Part shown: positions 57,608 through 64,000 of the stretch, in pieces | How positions within the stretch are numbered: the stretch's first letter is position 1 | How the letters are laid out: each line of letters starts with the position of its first letter | Assembly: GCA_964648715.1 (NCBI GenBank) | Contig: CAZYNM010000001.1 | Location: 80,040-144,039, forward strand | Source: an uncultured Pseudomonadales bacterium | Lineage (GTDB): Bacteria > Patescibacteriota > Microgenomatia > UBA1400 > PJMF01 | Length of the DNA: 64,000 bases | Reading direction: 5' to 3' | Position numbers and translations under genes: made by a program | The notes under the pieces: model-generated | The model's database searches: none | Told to the model about the DNA's origin: nothing | Seen by the model: the letters and a program-made list of their open reading frames with translations, nothing else

Positions 57608-58879
57608 CTAGGTGAGTAAATCAAGTGCAGCTGCCGCAGACCATGCCTGGTATCTACACCCTTTTTTCCCTCTTGGTGAAACATACTCTTCAAAGGTGCC
57701 CTCGGACGTTTTGGAGAATAGCTCTATCGGAAAACCAAAATGGAGGAGTGACGTCAGTGTTGCTTGACTCAATAGTTCGGCCTCTTGGGTAAAGTCCCAA
57801 GTGCGAAGACCTTCATGTATCAACCCATTAAGCATGGGCCAAAAACTACCGTTGTGATATGAGTCTCGAGTGGCCCTGAATGTTGGTGCCTGCATACTCA
57901 TTGTTCTCATGCCAGCAGCCTGGTCAAATATATCTGGACCAAAAGCTCTCTTTACAATAGATGGTATCTTTTCTGTTGCTATGATGGACTGCACTTTCCC
58001 TTCAGTGTATGTGCTTGACCATAAACACAATAGTGGGTTTGGAGTAATTGTTCGTATTTGTTCTTTGGTGCCGTCTAAGGCTTGCGCCAAGTACCATTCA
58101 CCACCATCACTAAAACTAAATTTTTCATTAAATGCCACTTTCATGCGTGAAGCGAACTCAGCTAGCTGTCTTGCAAAGTGGGGAGAGTATTTTCTGTAGA
58201 CTATACTCCATTTTTGGAGAGCTGCCCATGCCATACCTTGCACTTCAACCGGAGCGATAGGATACAGTGGGAAAGTTCCATCTGGCCGCTCTAAGCTGTC
58301 TCGAGAATCAGTCCATGATTGGACACAGAGACCCCCATGTGTGCGTTCAGGGGGAAGTGTATATTCAAGGAGATAGTCACCATCTCCATCACCCAGACTC
58401 ATTGTCCATATGAGTGCAGATTCCACTGCGTCAAATGCGTGCATCAGAAAGGTGAGGTCACCTGTTGTTTCCCAATATTTATGGACAGCAAGCAGAAAAA
58501 GAGGAGTCGCGTCTATTGAATCAAAGTTCCTCAGCGTAGAGTCTGAGTACACATACCACGGCTTATCTCTATGAATTAAATGCTCAAAAGAACTCGTTCT
58601 ATATTCATGAATACATTTCCCCGGCTGTTCACCGCTTTCAAGGTTATGTTGTTTACCTTGTAATGATATTAGCATTTCTAATGCTTTGCGGATTCGTTCT
58701 TCTAAAACAAGGTCCGGTTTTTTTTCAATCACATTGAGTAATTTAAGAACAGTTATAGAGGTATCTCTACCAAAGACACAACCATAAGCTTCGTTTCGTG
58801 CGGATGCAGTGATACCTTCATTTGTGGCAAGCTCCAGCATGGTCTTGTAGCAGACGCTGTACAATTCTTGTGTGTTCAT
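57608..58879 (-). CDS. Amylo-alpha-1,6-glucosidase-like (alpha/alpha)6 glycoside hydrolase
   Basis: FGRD, EQPGK..HE, S.DATPLF, Q.W.DS, EVQG, YHNGS.WP, QAWSAAA. Confidence 0.87.
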   Translation of the reverse strand: MNTQELYSVCYKTMLELATNEGITASARNEAYGCVFGRDTSITVLKLLNVIEKKPDLVLEERIRKALEMLISLQGKQHNLESGEQPGKCIHEYRTSSFEHLIHRDKPWYVYSDSTLRNFDSIDATPLFLLAVHKYWETTGDLTFLMHAFDAVESALIWTMSLGDGDGDYLLEYTLPPERTHGGLCVQSWTDSRDSLERPDGTFPLYPIAPVEVQGMAWAALQKWSIVYRKYSPHFARQLAEFASRMKVAFNEKFSFSDGGEWYLAQALDGTKEQIRTITPNPLLCLWSSTYTEGKVQSIIATEKIPSIVKRAFGPDIFDQAAGMRTMSMQAPTFRATRDSYHNGSFWPMLNGLIHEGLRTWDFTQEAELLSQATLTSLLHFGFPIELFSKTSEGTFEEYVSPRGKKGCRYQAWSAAAALDLLT

Positions 58880-58942
58880 CGTGGAGCTTATAAGCTTAGC
58901 TTACTTTACATTCAAATGCAATACCACTTTCTGCGATACACA

Positions 58943-60028
58943 TTAGGTCATGGTGCGCCAACGGTTATTCGTGCTAAGCCACTGGGTGTGAGTGTGTAGT
59001 TTTTGTTCAACAAGCGCCCTATACAATGACTCGTAATTGTTTACCATACGCTGCTCATTAAAGTTGTTCAGTGCATGTTCTCGACATTTTTTTCTATCTA
59101 TACTGGACACGTGATGTACTGCTTCAACCATTTCATCTACTGAGTGTACAACGTACCCTGTCTCTTCATGCGCAATAACCTCAGGAATAGAACCATGCTC
59201 AAAAGCAACAACTGGGCAGCCACATGCCATTGCCTCTACAAGTGTCAAACCAAATGGTTCTGGCCAGGTAACTGGGTGTAAGAAACAGTATGCTTTTGTA
59301 TATAGCTCATTGCGCTGTGGCTCTGATACTTCTCCAATCCATGTGATCTCATCGGATAAGTGTGGTTTTACTTTTTGTTCAAAGTAATCCCCAAACTTTT
59401 CATAGTCTAACTTCGCAGCAATGATAAGTTTCATCTTCAGTTTTTGTGCTACTTCAATAGCAAGGTGTGTGCCTTTTTCTGGACAAATTCTGCCAACATA
59501 GAGTAGATACCCATCATGCGTTTCAGAGAAAGGAAATCTTTCCAATGGTACACCATTGTATACCGTAGCTAGATGGTTGAGCCCAGGAGCAGACTGGCGT
59601 TGATTATGTGAGATCGTGACTAAATGTGGATTAGTAAGTGCAGAGTACATTTTTGTATTTTGCTCATTGAAAGCGCCATGCATTGTCATTACTACAGGTT
59701 TTTTACAGGAGTTTGCGAAAGCAACTCCATAGTGCCCTGTGTGATCATGGATAACATCAAAGTAGGATGCCATCTCATACGCTTTACCTAAGTGAAGTAA
59801 AGAAGTCAGCACTCTACCTTGTAAATCGTGTGGCATAGCTGCTCTCAGTGCACGTGGGTACGTGGGATACAGCTGAGCATCAGTTTTAGAATCTCCGCTT
59901 GCAAAAAGTGTTACAGAATGACCACGGTTCACTAACTCTTCGGTAAGGATGGAGACAATACGTTCTGTGCCTCCATATGCTTTTGGAGGCACACTCTCTA
60001 TGAGTGGAGCTATTTGAGCTATCTTCAT
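58943..60028 (-). CDS. Glycosyltransferase family 4
   Basis: VPP..YGGTER, GRI.PEKG, WPEPFGL..VEAMACG; AGGAG SD. Confidence 0.9.
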   Translation of the reverse strand: MKIAQIAPLIESVPPKAYGGTERIVSILTEELVNRGHSVTLFASGDSKTDAQLYPTYPRALRAAMPHDLQGRVLTSLLHLGKAYEMASYFDVIHDHTGHYGVAFANSCKKPVVMTMHGAFNEQNTKMYSALTNPHLVTISHNQRQSAPGLNHLATVYNGVPLERFPFSETHDGYLLYVGRICPEKGTHLAIEVAQKLKMKLIIAAKLDYEKFGDYFEQKVKPHLSDEITWIGEVSEPQRNELYTKAYCFLHPVTWPEPFGLTLVEAMACGCPVVAFEHGSIPEVIAHEETGYVVHSVDEMVEAVHHVSSIDRKKCREHALNNFNEQRMVNNYESLYRALVEQKLHTHTQWLSTNNRWRTMT

Positions 60029-60100
60029 GTGTACTCCTTTCAAGTTCTTTGTACTGACCCATACTATAAATACTTAAGTTAAAAGCAACGCCATGATTGG

Positions 60101-60148
60101 GTAAGAACTATGCAAGAGAAGATGAGCATGTTGTTACACAAAACATAC
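60101..60148. promoter_or_regulatory. Back-to-back direct-repeat boxes for the divergent GT4 and DUF892 promoters
   Basis: Minus: TCTTGC-N5-TCTTAC (60101-60117), 32 nt from TATAGT. Plus: TGTTAC-N5-ACATAC (60132-60148), 32 nt from TATAGT (60181-60186). Confidence 0.58.
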
Positions 60149-60217
60149 ACAACACACATGTAAGTATGTGTATTGAGCGTTATAGTTCAACTCAGTAATA
60201 AATAGTAGAAAGGTACT

Positions 60218-60724
60218 ATGTACATTGAGAATCTCACACTGCTCTTGCATCACGAACTTGCTGATGCACATTCTGCAGAAGATCAGATCATTCGGGCACT
60301 GCCTGAAATGATCACAGCTGCTGCCAATGCAGATTTGCGCACTGCGCTACAAGATCATTTAGCACAAACAAAAGGTCATTTGCAGCGTTTAAAAAAGATT
60401 CAGGAAAAACTCACCTATGATACCAGCGCAAAGTGCATGGGGGTTGAAGGAATCATAAAAGAAGGCAAAAAACTCTTGGATCATATTACTGATCCAGCGA
60501 CCAAAGATGCTGCATTAATTGCCAGCGCACAACGTGTTGAACATTACGAGATTGCGGTATATGGTACTGCGATACGTTATGCACAACAGCTAGAATTTGG
60601 AGATGTAGCTGCACTCTTGAAAGAAATACTTGACGAAGAAGAGGGTGCAGATAACAAACTCACTAAGATTGCGGAAGGTGGGCTCTTTACCACTGGTCTC
60701 AACGAGATTGCGGATCATCAGTGA
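60218..60724 (+). CDS. YciF/DUF892 ferritin-like stress protein
   Basis: SAE.Q...ALP.M, H...T..H..RL, C..GII.EG, AQRVEHYEIA.YGT, EE..AD..LT. Confidence 0.9.
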   Translation: MYIENLTLLLHHELADAHSAEDQIIRALPEMITAAANADLRTALQDHLAQTKGHLQRLKKIQEKLTYDTSAKCMGVEGIIKEGKKLLDHITDPATKDAALIASAQRVEHYEIAVYGTAIRYAQQLEFGDVAALLKEILDEEEGADNKLTKIAEGGLFTTGLNEIADHQ

Positions 60725-60823
60725 TCTCTTAACCATGCCATACTTACTCTGTTCTGATTCAAGAAGATTAGCTATCTTCAAAAGGTCTAGTATAGAGCTG
60801 TGCAGTCAAACTGTGATGAGCTG

Positions 60824-62731
60824 TTACTTAGATAGGTACACTATCCACCAAGTAAAAAAGAGTGCAAAAAGTGTTGTGGTTTGAGAAAGAGCAAAATACA
60901 GTCTGTTCTGTAAAACTTGCTGAAGCTTGTAGAAGGTAGTACCGGCCACAGGAAGATAGTGTAAGATTACTGGCTTATTGTGTAACGATATTTCTTCAAA
61001 TTCATTTGGAGATATGATTTTTAAGGTGACTAAATATCTTTTGCCAGATGAGTCTGGTTGTGTTGGGAACCCAAAAGGAAAAACGGTCATGCCTTCAACT
61101 TGTATTGCATCACGGGTAGACTCAAAAACAACTCTACCAGAAACAGCATCAGAGAGTGTAAATAGTAACTGTGCTGGAGGTTTTGTGGGGTGCTGGCGGT
61201 ATGAGTCTGGAGCATGATATTGAAGTTGCAGCCCAACAATGCTCAAGTTTGTGTATCGTGCAACCAATGGAAATACTACAGGCGCTTGTGATAGTGTCAC
61301 TTTGCTTTGCGACAGTTTAGAAGGCTCTTGCGTTACCAAAATTGAGAGCGGATATCCAACCGCATATGCCGCAATAATAATACCACTTATTAAACCTCCA
61401 CCTACAATTGGACTATATAACCAGTTCCCTTTAGGTGGCTCAGTAACACGGAAGGTAGATTTCTGTTTCTCAAAATAGAGTCTCTCAACTACCATATACA
61501 AAATCCAAGATACCCCTACCCCGCACACTAGAGTCAGGCAAATTGCTGCAAGTGAGAAGAGAGGTGGAGGTAGCCACTTGAAAGTTTGTGAAAGTGAAAG
61601 GACCCAACCAAATACGTTCCTATGTATTAAGTAGAGTGAATAACTAATAGTTCCTAAAAAGACAAGTACTTTATGAGAAAACAACCGAGTTACCCAGCTA
61701 GCTTGAGTCAAGGTTATCACTAGTCCACCAATGCAGATACTAGAAATAAGGTAATACCACAATAATGTCTCTTGTCGTTGACCAATGCCTGTATATGCAT
61801 CCCAGCCGTGAATGATCGCCCAGCTACAAAGTACTAAAAGAGCTCCGATAGGATGAGATACTATTCTTGTAGTGAATTTCCAAACTGAATTCTTTTGCAC
61901 ATAACATCTGCCACAGATGACACCTATAATAAAGCCAGAAGCGCGTCCAATACTGAGCATATTAAAGTGTGGAAAAGCATACAAAACCTGATGCAGGTCA
62001 AAAAGTATTTTTACTGTACCAACAATAATGATGCCGGATACTATCCACTTAGAGCGAGAGGATAACTGTATAAGTGGCAAAACAACAAAAGGAAAAATAA
62101 GATAAAAAATAACTTCAGGGGCTAAACTCCATAAAACGACAGTCAAAGGTGGTACTTGTGCTGCAAATGCAGTGGTGAGAGTAAGGTTAGCAAGCAACGA
62201 AATAGTCTTTTGATATGCCATAAGGTGTGGTGTTAAAAACAACTGAACTCCAACCATAAGTACTTGTAGCAGCAAAAAGCTCGTGAGTAACCACCATCCA
62301 AAAGTATGTGCATAGCGTGAGTAGGTAATACCTTTCCAAATGACTCTGCATAGCACTGCGCAGGCTAGTAGGGCGAGTACTTGTGCATAGACACTTTGTT
62401 GTGGTGCAACTTGTTGTACCCATAAAAAGACAACAACTGTACTGAGTACTGGGAAAATTCGTGCATATCTTTTTGCAATAAAATCTCTTGGTCTTGAAAT
62501 ATGTGTATACAGTGCGGACATGAGAAATCCACTTAGCACAAATAAAATTTGTACTGAGTTTGCTCCTTCGCTGAAGAATTGCCAGATAGAGGATAACCAC
62601 TGAGGAAGTTGTATGCCAAAAGAATAAAGGGTGACGTGAGAGAGAAAAACACTCAACGCTGCAAAGCCTCGCAGCCCATCGAGTGCTGAAAAGCGAACTC
62701 TAGATTCTGTGCTTGGAGACGTATTTGGCAT
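60824..62731 (-). CDS. Acyltransferase family 3 with extra C-terminal extracytoplasmic domain
   Basis: LDGLRG.AAL.V..SH, FVLSGFL, WSL..E..FY, G.ISYS.YL.H. Confidence 0.85.
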   Translation of the reverse strand: MPNTSPSTESRVRFSALDGLRGFAALSVFLSHVTLYSFGIQLPQWLSSIWQFFSEGANSVQILFVLSGFLMSALYTHISRPRDFIAKRYARIFPVLSTVVVFLWVQQVAPQQSVYAQVLALLACAVLCRVIWKGITYSRYAHTFGWWLLTSFLLLQVLMVGVQLFLTPHLMAYQKTISLLANLTLTTAFAAQVPPLTVVLWSLAPEVIFYLIFPFVVLPLIQLSSRSKWIVSGIIIVGTVKILFDLHQVLYAFPHFNMLSIGRASGFIIGVICGRCYVQKNSVWKFTTRIVSHPIGALLVLCSWAIIHGWDAYTGIGQRQETLLWYYLISSICIGGLVITLTQASWVTRLFSHKVLVFLGTISYSLYLIHRNVFGWVLSLSQTFKWLPPPLFSLAAICLTLVCGVGVSWILYMVVERLYFEKQKSTFRVTEPPKGNWLYSPIVGGGLISGIIIAAYAVGYPLSILVTQEPSKLSQSKVTLSQAPVVFPLVARYTNLSIVGLQLQYHAPDSYRQHPTKPPAQLLFTLSDAVSGRVVFESTRDAIQVEGMTVFPFGFPTQPDSSGKRYLVTLKIISPNEFEEISLHNKPVILHYLPVAGTTFYKLQQVLQNRLYFALSQTTTLFALFFTWWIVYLSK

Positions 62732-62871
62732 AAGTTTCTGCTAGGTAAGTATCCCTCATAACACATACCAATTTTGTTTGCCTCCTAATATTTTAGAGCT
62801 GCATTACTATATTCTATAGGTAAATTTTAAATAAAAAATAGGAGCCTATCTCTACTGAGGTGGGGCTTTGG

Positions 62872-63885
62872 CTATAATTTTTTAAAGCCTGCCAAAAAAG
62901 CAACAACGTTTTCTCCGAGAGCTTCTGTATTGTATCCACCTTCTTGAACAATCACTGTGGGTAGTCGTAATTCTGAGATAGCTTCTGCAATATGCGTAAA
63001 GTACTCTGTTGTTAGTTTGAATCCACCAATTGGATCACTTATATGTGTATCAGCACCAAAGCAAACAACAAGGTGGGTAGCTGCAAATTTTTTGATTTCA
63101 TTGAGCGCTTTTTCGAGAACTTGAGCGTATGCAGTATTTGTGGTACCAAGTGGTAGCGGATAATTATGATTACACGTGTATGAGTCAGTTACTTGTCCAG
63201 AAAAATATGGAAATTTTTCTGCGGGATCGGCATGGATGGAAAGAGTAACCACATGATTGTTTTCGCCAAAGATTTTCTCAGCGCCATTCCCATGATGAAA
63301 GTCAATATCAAGTAGTGCTACTTTATTGGACTGATTCTGATTTAAAAAATACTGGGCAGCTATTGCTCCGTTATTGAAGTAGCAGTACCCGCCCATTTTT
63401 GAAGGTTCTGCGTGGTGACCCGGTGGTCTGCACAGTGCGTACTGTGGTTTACTTGTCTTAACTACTGCTTGTGCTGCACTCAATGCAACGAACGCAGATG
63501 CTCGTGCTGCTGCATGTGTATTTTGATTAACTGGTGTATACAAGTCAAAACAAAACTCACCCCGTTTCGCGACGGGGTGCGAGGGAACACCAGACTCAGA
63601 GCGATAAGGGAAAACACTTGGATACACATAGTCTGCAGTTAAACGCTCGCTTGCTGACAAATATGCCAGGTATTCTTGTGTGTGTATCAAACCTAAAATG
63701 CTATCTAGTTCTTGCTCCCCTGCATCATCGAGTTGTACTTGTTTCAAGATATGCTCAGTTTTTGTAAGTGCTGTTAAGATACGCTCCACACGCATTGGTA
63801 CTTCTTGGTGCGGTGTTTGCTCACCATTGAACACCTCATATGGTGGTGTATGTTGTGCATGAATAGGTGTGTAAAAAATTTGCAT
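62872..63885 (-). CDS. Histone deacetylase-family protein (acetylpolyamine amidohydrolase-like)
   Basis: RPPGHHA, GYCYFNN, DIDFHHGNG, G.D, QEGGY. Confidence 0.9.
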   Translation of the reverse strand: MQIFYTPIHAQHTPPYEVFNGEQTPHQEVPMRVERILTALTKTEHILKQVQLDDAGEQELDSILGLIHTQEYLAYLSASERLTADYVYPSVFPYRSESGVPSHPVAKRGEFCFDLYTPVNQNTHAAARASAFVALSAAQAVVKTSKPQYALCRPPGHHAEPSKMGGYCYFNNGAIAAQYFLNQNQSNKVALLDIDFHHGNGAEKIFGENNHVVTLSIHADPAEKFPYFSGQVTDSYTCNHNYPLPLGTTNTAYAQVLEKALNEIKKFAATHLVVCFGADTHISDPIGGFKLTTEYFTHIAEAISELRLPTVIVQEGGYNTEALGENVVAFLAGFKKL

Positions 63886-64000
63886 ACTACCTTTCACATA
63901 CTTTCTTTAGCCAGCTTGGTCGTACAGTACTAAGAAATTGTGTAGCCACTCGGTGTCCCAAGGATAGATACCTCTATTTCCACGACCTGTCTTGATCGCG

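Noticed and set aside
62841-62870. Hairpin downstream of the deacetylase gene as its terminator
   Set aside because: Pairing relies on G-U pairs that form only on the opposite strand.
63907-64000. 3' end of an upstream minus-strand CDS
   Set aside because: Only ~30 codons visible; the product cannot be assigned.

Overview
64 kb of a reduced bacterial genome, most likely Patescibacteria/CPR (Microgenomates-like; inferred from gene content, tRNAs without encoded CCA, many glycosyltransferases and leaderless genes). It opens with an AT-rich type V-A CRISPR-Cas locus: 3' part of cas12a, cas4, cas1, cas2 and an array of 8 repeats/7 spacers. The rest holds housekeeping genes (yjjX, rpiB, rpe, rnj, ftsK, murI, tmRNA, comF, dus, mutS/mutL, a Y-family polymerase, galU, an RsmB/NOP methyltransferase), four tRNAs, a glycosylation region and a stress-gene cluster. 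The best hidden features are regulatory and are missing from the ORF track. (1) A leaderless His-rich leader peptide with mutually exclusive antiterminator/terminator hairpins sits upstream of a GNAT + M20 amidohydrolase pair rather than his genes. (2) An 11-bp-period direct-repeat box lies exactly 32 nt upstream of a -10 hexamer at four stress-cluster promoters, one of which drives an unannotated 50-aa peptide. (3) A boxA followed by a ~100-nt rod-like RNA precedes an orphan gene. (4) The Cas12a appears to lack the canonical crRNA-processing histidine loop. All protein calls come from motif recognition by eye; no database searches were run.
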